A stretch of DNA of 64,000 bases from Candidatus Eiseniibacteriota bacterium (GTDB lineage: Bacteria > Eisenbacteria > RBG-16-71-46 > CAVPCR01), in contig CAVPCR010000001.1 in the NCBI GenBank assembly GCA_963702435.1, forward strand, positions 416,001-480,000, read 5' to 3'. Under the pieces are notes generated by a model. The model saw nothing but the letters and a program-made list of their open reading frames with translations. It searched no databases and was not told where the DNA came from. The position numbers and the translations under genes were made by a program. Shown here in pieces: positions 46,006-58,800 of this stretch. Positions within the stretch are counted from its first letter, which is position 1; every line of letters begins with the position of its first letter.

Positions 46006-46204
46006 CGGAACTGCCGTCCACTCACCGGGTACCATGGGTCGACTCACCCCTTTGCGCCTCGTCCGCGAGCTCATCGTGCGCGGGCCGCCGCTCCCCCTGT
46101 TCATACGGAAAGGGCTGGGCTCCCAGATGCGGATTTGCTGCCGCCGTTTCGACCGGCGAGCCCCGAGTTCGCCCCGCGCCACGCGCGGGCACGGCCCCGG
46201 AACG

Positions 46205-46272
46205 AGGCTAGGAAGCCGCCGGCCGCGGTGTCAAGCGCACCTGCCGCCCCCGGCCCCACCCCGTGCTATTCT
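46205..46272. promoter_or_regulatory. divergent promoter pair (GWxTD gene / PorU-like gene)
   Basis: Minus strand TTGACA-18 nt-TAGCCT (46234-46205); plus strand extended -10 TGcTATTCT (46264-46272). Confidence 0.5.
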
Positions 46273-46335
46273 CGGCCGATTTTACGCCTCGAACGAGGGC
46301 TCCCGACCGGGAGAACCCATGATCCCAGGGTGGCC

Positions 46336-49300
46336 ATGAACTGGAAGACCTTGCTTCGACTCGTCATCGTTCCCTGCCTCCTGCCGGCGCTGGCCCCGGC
46401 CCTGGCTCTCGCGGCTCCGGCGCCGATCGCCTCGGTTGCCGAGCGCGGCGAGGACGGCGTCACCTTCGTCGTCGAGCTGCCGGCGCTCCGCGAGACTCCG
46501 GTCAAGATCGCCGGGGAGTCCTTCGTCGCGGTCGGCGCGGCCGGCTTCGGCTCCCTCTCGACTCCCGGGCTGCCTGCCCTCCCCTTCCGCACCTTCACGA
46601 TCGCCGTGCCGGCGGGTCGCGAGCCGGTGCCGCAAGTGACGGTGCTCGCAAGCGAGACGCTGGCGCTCGTGCCGGCGCCGGCGAGCGAGCCGTACATGGA
46701 GGTGGGCGGAGACGAGGGCACGGCCACCCCGGCCCTTCGCGACAAGGTGGATCGCGCCTTCTACGCGGGCGGGGAGCCCTATCCGGCGCTCCGCCACGAG
46801 GCCGGGCGCCTCTCCTGGCTCCGCCAGCAGCAGGTCTTCGATCTCACGGTCTATCCCGTGCGCTACGACCCGGCCCGGCAGACGCTCGAGGTCGCGCGCC
46901 GGATCGAGGTGCGGGTGGACTTCCGGCCGGTGGCCGGACGCGCCGCGCTGCCCGCGCGCCTTCCCGCGCCGAGCTTCGAGCGCGGCTTCGAATCGGTGTA
47001 CCGCAACACGATCGTCAACTACGAGAGCGCGCGCAGCTTCCGGACCGGGCCGACCCTCGAGGCGAGGGCGCAGGGCATCGGCGCGCGCGGCGTGGCCGAC
47101 GAGCTCAAGATCCAGGTCACGGCGGGCGGGCCGACGCGCTTCTCGTACGAGCAGCTCGCGGCGGCGGGCCTCCCGGCGGGGCTCCCGATCGCGAACCTCG
47201 GCCTCTGGGAACGACGCTACGTGGATGCGCCGCCGCCCGCCGAGAACTTCGTCCGCGACCCCTTGCCGATCACGGTCGAGGACCGGAACCAGAACGGGGT
47301 CTTCGACGCGGGCGACTGGATCACGGGGTTCGTGCGCGGCTATCGCGAGCGGGTCGGCCCCGATCCCTACTACCACCGCTTCACCGAGTCGAACGTGGCG
47401 TGGGTGTCGTGGGATGCGCCGGGCGGAGCGCGCATGGAGACGCGCGCGGGCTGGTTCGATCCGGCCCCGCCGGCGGCGCCGCCTCCTTCCCCGACACGTT
47501 CCGCTTCGAGGAGGACCTGGTCTACTTCAACTATGCGCCGCGGACCGCGACCTCACCTTCCTACGCGGCGCACGAGACCGTTCTCCCCTGGTACCTGACA
47601 CGCCACTTCCCGCGGCCGGACCTCAACGATCCCTACTGCGGCGACCCGCAGTGCGCGACCTTCCTCTTCCCGTACTCGCTCTCCGACGTGGACGAGAGCC
47701 AACCGATCCGGGCTCGTGCGCAGATGGTGTCCGGGCTCGACGGCTTCTATCACCTCGGGTCCTTTCTCATCCAGAGCCCGGGCCGCGAAGACACCCTCGC
47801 CACGCGCTGGGCGTTCCGCGGGCATCTCGCGATCGGCACCTGGGAGAGCGACCCCTTCCCGGCGGCGAACTTCACCCGCCCGAGCTCGAGCTTCAAGTTC
47901 GTCGGTGAGCGCAAGTCGGTGCAGGACACGACCCAGATCTTCACCTACGCCGCCGCCCAGTTCGACTGGTTCGAGATTCTCTATCAGCACCTCTACCGCG
48001 CGCGCGGCGATCGCCTGCTCTGCACCTCGGGTGCGGCGACCGGCCCTGCCGAGTTCACGATCGCGGGCTTCACGAGCGCCGACATCGCGGTCCTCGATGT
48101 GACCGACTTCTTCGCGCCGGTCGCCCTGACCGGGACCCAGGTGAGCGGCGGCGGCGGCAACTACACCGTCCGCTTCCGCGACCTGGTCGCAACCCCGCGC
48201 CGCTACGCTGCCTTCGTGCGCGGGGCCGGCGAGATCACAGTCGCCGACTCGGCGATCCGGCGCGTCGTCCCCACCTCCCTCGCGAGCCCCGCGGTCGAGC
48301 CCGACTACGTGATCGTCGTCCCCGACGTCGCGGACATCGACGGCGACGGATCGCCGGACGATTTCAGCGAGGCAGCCGGCCGGCTCGCCGCGCACCGCGC
48401 GACCCAGGGGCATGCGACGGCGGTGGTCCGCCTCTCCGACCTCGAGGACGAATTCGACGGCGGCCTCCATCGCCCATTCGCCATCCGCAACTACCTCCGG
48501 CACGCCTTCGCCCACTGGACGGAGCCCCCGATGTACCTCCTCCTCGCCGGCGATGCCTCGGACGACTACCGGAACAAGGTGCCGACCGGGCTCGACGTGG
48601 TGCCGAGCCAGACCATCTTCGGACCCGTCTTCGGCGACGTGGATCTCGAGCTCGTCTCCTGCGACGCGTGGTTCGTGGCAGGGTTGCCGCCCGGCGACGA
48701 CGAGTTCGATCTGCACATGGACATGGCGGTCGGGCGGCTCCCGGCGCAGTCGGCGGCCGAGCTCGGCCTCATGGTGGACAAGACCATCCGCTACGAGGAG
48801 TTCGATCCGGGCGATCGCTGGCGCGCGAAGACCTTGACGATCGCCGATGACGCGTGGTCCTCGACCATCAGCTTCAGCGCGCAGTACCGCTACCGGGCGA
48901 GCGAGGAGATCTTCGGTGCGATCTGCGACGGAATCGACGCCATGGTCGAAGGGGGTTCGGGAGTCGGCGACCTGATCGAGACGCGGGCGATCCGCCTCGC
49001 GGACTACTCAGACCAGCTCCCCAATCCGCACACCCCGGGCGAGGCGCAGGCGCACTTCGACACGACCGGATCGCCGATCCTCTACCAGCTCATCTCCGAG
49101 GGGAACGTGATCATGAACTACCAGGGGCATGCCAACCGGCATCTCCTGGCCCACGAGCGCATCTTCTCCTCCGAGTTCGACCGCGACCAGGATCGCTGGA
49201 ACAACCTCGGCCGGCCCGGCATCTGGTTCTTGTATTCCTGCCACCCGAACCACTACAGCGAGATCAACGAGCGCATCGGGAACGTGGTCGGCGGGCGCGA

Positions 49301-50531
49301 GCGGTCCCTCGGCGAGCTCCTCGTCTCGCTCGAGAACCGCGGGCTCGTCGCCACCATCGGCTCGACGGGCTTCGAGTGGCTCCCGGCCGGGCTCGCCCAG
49401 GGCCCGCCCTACCAGTTCGATTTGAACACCCCGCAGTGGGAGGCCTTCTTCCTGACGCCGCCGACCGAGAATCCCGCCGGCGAGCCGGTCGGCGCCCGCT
49501 GGATCCTCGGCGAGGTCACGAACCTCGCGAAGGAGATCTACAACCAGCAGGACGCGACCAAGGGCCCGATCTTCACCTACTGCACACTCGGCGATCCGGC
49601 GCTCCGCATCGATGCCATCCCGCCGCTCTTCGCGGTGACCGCCGCCGACACCGTGCGGGCCCCCGGGAGCCGCCTCGAGAGCTTCGCCGCCGGCTCCGAC
49701 ACGGTCACGGTCGAGGCCGAGATCCGCGACGAGGTGCGGATCGCGACCGCCGAGGTCGTCGAGCGGAACGACGCGGGCCCGATCGCGGTGGATCCCGCGC
49801 TCTGGCAGGTCACGGCGCCTGATGACCGGCGGCGCCTCGTCACCTATCGCGCTCCGCTCCGTCCCGACAACTACGAGATCGTGCTCCGCGCCACCGACGC
49901 GAACGGGCGCACGATCGAGTTCCCGCTCGTCGTGCGCACCGACGTGAGCTGGCGCGCCAACGGGGCGCCGATCTCCGGCGGCGACTTCGTCGCCTCGAAC
50001 GCCACGATCGAGATCGAGGTGCACTCGCCGGTCGGCTTGACCGCGACCGACTTCCGCCTCCTCCTCGACGGGGCGCCGATCTCCGGCGTCGTCGCCCAAA
50101 GCGCCGATCCGCTCGCGAAGAACTGGCGTCTCGCCGCGAGCGCGGTCCTCCCCTCCGGGGACCACGACCTGACGCTCGAGGTGCGCGACGGCGCGGTCGC
50201 CGGCCTCTCGAGCACGGTGAACGTGCGGGTCGGCGGTTTCGAGCTCGAGAACGTGGCCGCCTATCCGAACCCGTTCGACGAGTTCACGGCCATCAGCTAC
50301 CAGCTCGGGAGCCCGGCCGACGAGGTCGTGATCCGCATCTACACGGTCTCCGGGCGCTTCATCAAGGAGATCCAGGGCTCACGCCAGGTCGGCTACGCGC
50401 AGGTGGGCTGGGACGGTCTCGACGACGACCACGACGAGGTGGCGAACGGCACCTACGTGTATCGGGTCACCGCCCGGTGGCCGCTCGAAGCGGACGAGTT
50501 CACCGGCCGCCTCGTGCGCGCGCGCGACTGA
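46336..50531 (+). CDS. PorU-like C25 peptidase/sortase with propeptide and FlgD-like C-terminal domain (apparent frameshift at about 47460-47485)
   Basis: Signal peptide and C25 propeptide (PGLPALP, VYPVRY) in the first frame; YLLLAGDAS, AVGRLPA, NYQGHAN..AHERIF, YSC, LGDPAL and YPNPF...IYTVSGR...WDG...NGTYVYR in the second frame. Confidence 0.75.
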
Positions 50532-50561
50532 GGCGCGTGCCGCTCGCACGCGCCTCGGGGC

Positions 50562-50591
50562 TTCGCACCGGGTGGACCGCGGTGGTATAAT
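50562..50591 (+). promoter_or_regulatory. putative promoter of the diguanylate cyclase gene
   Basis: Extended -10 TGgTATAAT (50583-50591); weak -35 TTCGCA. Confidence 0.6.
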
Positions 50592-50684
50592 CAACAAGCG
50601 CCGAGAGCCGGCGCGGCCGGCCGGCCCCCGCCGTGGGCGGGACGCCCGGGACCGCCGATCGACCGCCCACCCGACCAGCAGCGC

Positions 50685-52007
50685 ATGCGCACGCAAGAGA
50701 CCAACTTCGTCGAACTACTCCGGAGCGTGCTCCCCGTCGACCAGCTCTCCCCCGAGCTCAGGCACCGGGTCGATCAGGTGCTGGCCGGAACCGGAGAAGA
50801 GACGGCTGCGGCGGTCGGCGCCGCGGTCCTCCGCGAGCTAGAGGGCCGGGGGCTCGTTCGCTCCTCCGACCTGGGCGAGGGCCGCCGCCGCTTCCAGGAT
50901 CTGGCGACCGGCGCGGTGATCACGATCCGCCTTCCCGCTCCGGCCGCCGGCGCCCTGACCACGATCCCGCTCCCGCTCGCCCCGGCCGGTGCCGCGGCGA
51001 GCCTCGAGACGACCCGCGAGCTCCTCCTTCTTGCGAGCCGCATCCTCACCGCGGACGGGACGCGCGTCGCGGAGAAGGAGCAGCTCGTCCCCCTTCTCCT
51101 CTCCTTCACGCGCCAGGTGCTCGCCTGCGACGACGTGCGCTTCCTGACCCTCGAGCGCGACGGCGAGGGCTTCTCGCCGCTCGCGGGCTCCGGCTCCCCC
51201 TTCGCCGCGGCGCTCGAGAACGAGTGGGGCCCGGCCCGCGGGCACATCCTCCTCGTCCGCGATCTTGCCGGCGGCGGCAGCAGCGGCACCATGCGCACGG
51301 CGGCGGCCATCCGGCTCGGCCGCCCCGGCGATCCGGTCTGCGGCGTGATCGAGGTCTACTCCAACCGGCCCGGCCACTTCACGCGCGAGCGGCTCGCCCT
51401 CCTCGAGCTCATCGCCGAGACCGGGCGCGAGCTCCTCACCAACATCGCGCGGCTCCAGGAGCTCGTGTTCATCGACTCGCGCACGCAGATCTTCAACAAG
51501 GCCTTCTTCGATATCCAGTTCGCGAATCTCCTGGCGCGGGCCCGGCGCGACGGGCGACAGCTCGCCCTCGCGCTCATCGACGTCGACGACTTCAAGGCGT
51601 TCAACACGCGCTACGGCTACGCCGGCGGCGATCAGGTGCTCCACCGCGTCGCGCAAATCCTGAAAAGTCAGGTGCGGCCCTTCGACTGCGTCGCGCGCTG
51701 GGGCGGCGAGGAGTTCACGGTCGTCCTCGCTCCGCCGGTCGAGCCGGACGATGCGCGCGCGATCTGCGACCGGCTCCGGCGCGCGGTGCAGCAGACGACC
51801 GTTCTGGTCCCCGGCCTCGACGGGAAGGAGCACCGGACGAGCGTGACCGTGTCGGTGGGCGGAGTGCTCTATCCCGACGACGGCGGCACCACCGAGGAGC
51901 TGTGGCGCCGCGCGAACGAGGCGCTCCTCATCGCCAAGAACCAGGGCAAGAATCGCGTCCACTTCCGCCCGCACGAGCGCCGCGATCTCCGCGTCGCGCC
52001 GGCCTAG
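50685..52007 (+). CDS. diguanylate cyclase with GAF-like sensor domain
   Basis: DVDDFKAFN, RPFD I-site and RWGGEEF active site; degenerate GAF (GVIEVYSNRPGHFT). Confidence 0.92.
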   Translation: MRTQETNFVELLRSVLPVDQLSPELRHRVDQVLAGTGEETAAAVGAAVLRELEGRGLVRSSDLGEGRRRFQDLATGAVITIRLPAPAAGALTTIPLPLAPAGAAASLETTRELLLLASRILTADGTRVAEKEQLVPLLLSFTRQVLACDDVRFLTLERDGEGFSPLAGSGSPFAAALENEWGPARGHILLVRDLAGGGSSGTMRTAAAIRLGRPGDPVCGVIEVYSNRPGHFTRERLALLELIAETGRELLTNIARLQELVFIDSRTQIFNKAFFDIQFANLLARARRDGRQLALALIDVDDFKAFNTRYGYAGGDQVLHRVAQILKSQVRPFDCVARWGGEEFTVVLAPPVEPDDARAICDRLRRAVQQTTVLVPGLDGKEHRTSVTVSVGGVLYPDDGGTTEELWRRANEALLIAKNQGKNRVHFRPHERRDLRVAPA

Positions 52008-52039
52008 TGCTGACCGGCGGGTCGAGGCGGCGCGCCGCT

Positions 52040-54667
<2,628 letters not shown>

Positions 54668-54712
54668 GGGCTCTATCCTCCTCCCCCGGGACGTGCGCCC
54701 GGAAAGGACCAA

Positions 54713-54742
54713 GGGCCGAGAGCTCTCTCGAGCTCTCGGCCC
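54713..54742 (-). repeat. perfect 13-bp inverted repeat upstream of clpB
   Basis: GGGCCGAGAGCTC-TCTC-GAGCTCTCGGCCC; the loop reads GAGA (GNRA) on the minus strand. Confidence 0.85.
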
Positions 54743-55031
54743 CTGCCGATGCCGTCCGGACCTTGAGGGGGGTCCCGCCGCCTTAAGCTTCGCCCGGCCG
54801 GCCGGGGAGCGATCACCCCGACCGGGCCGGCCGCCGCGATGGCGGCTAACTGGGCGTCCTTCGCCTTCCCGACCTCGGATGCGCGCCGGAAAGCCCATGG
54901 GGACTCTCCCCGCCGCGCGAACGGCGATCCTCGATCGCCGTCAGGTCAGGCGCGGTCCGTTGCGATCCGCCGCGCACCGGCCATCGGGCCGGCCGTCGCC
55001 CTCCGGCGACTGCCCGCGGGGGCGCGAGAGC

Positions 55032-55661
55032 TTACTGCCCGTAGGACGCCTTGATCTGCCCCCACGTGGCCGGCTCGACCGCCTGCGGAACGCACGCGCA
55101 GGTGTCTGTACCGTCCTCGCCGACGCAGATCTTGCCCACGTTATCGGCGCGGAGCGGCATCACGTCGCTGCCGTTGATGACGTGATTACCGAACGGATAG
55201 GACGACTCGATGATCGAGAGGCAGCCCGTGCCGATCGAGTTGAACACCATCACGCCGACCGGGGCGAGCGCACCGCCGGAGATGAAGTTGAAGGCGGTCG
55301 TGATGCTGCCCGTGGTCGGCCCCGCCGCCGTGGGCTGCACGGCCGAGAGCTGACCTGGCTGGCAGGTCCAAAGACCGAAGCCGAAGGCCCAGGTCACGGG
55401 CCAGTCGAAGGCCACCTGGACGCCGTTCGTGTTGTCGTAGTTCTTGAGGTACATGACGACCGTGTACAGGCCAGCCGGGGTGTCGATGCGCACGGTCGGG
55501 AGGACCGCCGTGCAGTCGAGGTCCGTCTGGCAATCCGTGTCGATGCCCGAGATGGCATGCAGCACGACGGTCGTGCAGTTGTTCGTAGTCTGAGCGGAGG
55601 CCACCCCGCCCAAGGCGAGCAGAGCTCCGAGGACCACCGCAGCGAAAGCGAAGCGCATCAC
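55032..55661 (-). CDS. secreted Cys-rich beta protein with C-terminal TWGQIK motif
   Basis: Signal peptide ending VASA; 8 Cys; ends AVEPATWGQIKASYGQ; GGAGG RBS; upstream TTGACC-18 nt-TAGCCT at 55797-55768. Confidence 0.8.
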   Translation of the reverse strand: MMRFAFAAVVLGALLALGGVASAQTTNNCTTVVLHAISGIDTDCQTDLDCTAVLPTVRIDTPAGLYTVVMYLKNYDNTNGVQVAFDWPVTWAFGFGLWTCQPGQLSAVQPTAAGPTTGSITTAFNFISGGALAPVGVMVFNSIGTGCLSIIESSYPFGNHVINGSDVMPLRADNVGKICVGEDGTDTCACVPQAVEPATWGQIKASYGQ

Positions 55662-55886
55662 GCGTTACCCTCCATGGTTCTGGAGACCAAACCGTCCCGG
55701 ACCGAGCGGCCCCCGGGGACGCTCGTTCCCCCACTGGCGACACCCCCCTCAGGGATAGTCGCGGGGGAGGCTACACGCCGCCAGGGAGAAGGGTCAAGGG
55801 GTGAAATGGGCCGCTTGAGAGGCCCTTCCCCCGGGCGGCGGGCTCAGCGGCGGCGGGCCGGCACCCCGCCGCCGAACGCCGCTGCA

Positions 55887-58800
55887 TCACTGGAGAAGGA
55901 GAAGCTTCCCGGTCAGCGTCGCGCCGGCGACCTCGAGCTTCATGAAGTAGGCGCCGCTTGCCGCCCTCCCGCCGGCCGCGGTCCGCCCGTCCCAGCGCAC
56001 CGCCTGCTCCCCGGTACCGAAGGGGCCGTCCACGAGCTTGCGCACGAGCCGCCCCTCGACGTCGTAGACCGCGAGCCGCACCGGGCGCGCCGCGCCCCGC
56101 TCCCCGGGGACCAGGAAGCGGATCGTGGTGGACGGGTTGAACGGGTTCGGGAACGCCGGATAGAGGACCGGCGTGGCCGCGACCTCCGGCGCCGGCTCGG
56201 GATCGGCGATCCCGATCGAGGTGAAGTCGGTCGAGAAGCAACCGGTGTTCCGCACGTCGTGGCGGAAGAACGGCCAGGGGATGCGGTCGCCGCGGAACTC
56301 GCCGGTCAGATCCCACACGTAGATGTTGCGGTCGTTCGAGGTCGCCAGGAGCTCGACCAGGTTGTCCTGGTCCACGTCCCAGATCGTGACCGCGCTCCGC
56401 TGCTCGCCGCCGAGGCTGATCGGGAATCCGGCGAGGGTCGTCCCGTCGTGGTTCCATCCGTAGACGAAACCGTTCTCGGCGCCGATCAGGATCTCGAGGC
56501 GCCCGTCCGAGTCGACGTCGGCGATGGTCGGCGTCGATTGCGTCACATCCGCGCTCAGCACGTCCTGGCCGAAGTACACGGCCGACCAGCCGGGCATCAC
56601 GGTCCCGTCCCGCTTCCAGACGTGCATGCGCCCGTCGTTGGCGGCGCAGATCACGTCGAGATTCCCGTCGCCGTCCACGTCGGCCACCACCGGGGAGCCC
56701 GAGTGCCCGGTGTTGGAGTTGACCATGGCCGGGCGCGGCCAGCCGGGATAGTCGCTGCCGTCGCCGCGGAGCACGAAGACCGAGTCGGACTCCGAGCTGA
56801 TGATGACCTCGTGCGGACCGCCGGTCCCGTCGAGATCGGCGAGCGCAGGCGAGGAGGTCACCTGGTTGTGCGTCTCCCGCGGCCAGCCCGGCTTGACGCT
56901 CCCCGTCCGCGAGAGCGCATAGACGAAGCCGCCTGCGCTCTGCGTGCCGAAGACGATCTCCGGGTACTGATCCTGGTCGATGTTGCCGATGGCCGGCGAC
57001 GAGTAGAGGAAGGAGCTCCCCGAGAGGAAGAGGATGCCCTGGGTCGTCGGGTTGCCGTCGCCGTCGGCCACCTCGGTCCCGTCGTGGTGCCAGGCGAAGA
57101 TCTTCCCCTGGAGACCCGAAGCGACGACGATCTCCAGGTCTCCGTCGAGATCCAGGTCCGCCACGGCCGGGGATGCCCAGTTGAAATCGCCGCCGATCGT
57201 CTGCGGCCACCCGGGCTCGAGCGTGCCGTCCACGTTCCACACGTAGACCTTGGCCTCGCGCCAGGCGACCCCGATGATCTCGAGATCGCCGTCGTCGGTC
57301 AGGTCGGCGATGGCGGGGGTGGCATGGAAGCCGAAGTCGCCGTTCTGCCCGTCGGTCGCGAACACGCCCGAGGTGAGCGGGTTCGCATCGCCGTCGCGCA
57401 GCTCGGAGCCGTCGGCGTGCCAGGCGTAGATGGCGTCGGCGCCGGTCACGATCTCGAGATCGCCGTCCCGATCGAGATCGTCCACGGCCACGCCGGCCGC
57501 CGTCTGCTGCGCCATCTCGATCGGCCACCCGCTCGCGAGCGGCGGCGTGGTGGTCGCCGAGATGACCGGCGAGGCCACGCCCTGGTTGAACGAGGCGTCC
57601 CGGGCCACGACGTAGTAGTAGTAGCGCGTGAGCGAGGGCAGGTTCGAGTCCTCGTAGGTGGACGATCCGGCGGCGGTGAACGTGTTGATGCGCACGAACC
57701 CGCTCTGCGGCGTCGTCGAGCGATAGATATCGTAGCCGCGCACATCGCTCGAGTCGGGCTTCGTCCAGTGGAGCCGGATGCTCGACACCCGCCCGTCGCC
57801 CGTGAGTCCCTCCGCCGCATCCGGGGGCACGAGGTCGCAGTGCTCGACGCGCAGCGCGCCGCGCACGTCGCGCCAGGAGAGCTCGAGGAGGAGATTGTTG
57901 ACGACCGCGCCGGCGCCCATGCTGAAGGAGACCGCATCGCCGAGGCTCGTAGCGCCCGGCGACACGTTGCCGAAGCTCGCGTTCTGGTCGGTGACCGTCA
58001 CCTGCGGATCCGGAAGCATCGTCGTCCGGTTGAGCACGCGGAGGATGAGCGCGACGCCGTCGGCGCGCCCGGTGCCGTTGTTGCGGACCGTGACGCGATA
58101 GGAAACGCTCTCGCCCGGCTCGGGCACTCCGTTCCCGTTGCCGCCGGGGCCGGGATCGGTCAGCTGATGCGCGTAGTGCTCGATCTCGAAGCCGCGCACG
58201 GCGATCTCGAAGCGATCGCTCGACGCCCCCTGGTTCGACAGGATCGCGAGCTGGAACACGGGCTCGAAGGCGTCGGGCGCCGCCCGGTTCAGGTCGACGA
58301 CGAAGGGCGCGGTCCCGGTCGACTGCCCGCCCACGGCGAGCGTGCCGTAGCTCACGGTCCCCTGGACGATCGAGGCGTGGGCACCGCCGGAGAGGAGGGT
58401 CAGGATCCCGCTCACGCCGGTCGCGGTCGCGCTGCCGTCGTTCCGGAGCCGCACCGAGACCTCGATCCGCTCGCCGGCGTCGGGCTGGCCGTTCGCATTG
58501 CCCGCGCTCGGCGGCAGGCCGTCGTCGTTGATCGTGACCTGCGTCACGTGCAGGAAGGGACCGCTGGCCGGCACGACGGCGGCCGTCTTCTCGACCGGCT
58601 GGTAGTCGGGATGGGTCACCGTGACGTGGAAGGAGCCGGTGGCCGCCGGCGTCCAGGGCAGCGTCGCCACGCCGTCCGGCTGGGTCACGCCGGTGGCGAA
58701 GGCGTCGCCGGTCTTCCAGAGCGTGGCGCGCGCGCCGCGGAGAGGCACCCCGCCCACGGTCGCCGTCACCGAGTAGCTGCCGGCGCCGAGCGCGACCGCC

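Noticed and set aside
46040..46180. c-di-GMP-I riboswitch-like words (GGCGAAC...GAAA...GGCGCAAAG) in the GWxTD leader
   Set aside because: The elements are too far apart and the second stem with its receptor is missing; an Infernal search would be needed to revive it.
54762..54787. HspR HAIR-like CTTGAG...CTTAAG upstream of clpB
   Set aside because: Half-site spacing (14 nt) does not fit CTTGAGT-N7-ACTCAAG.
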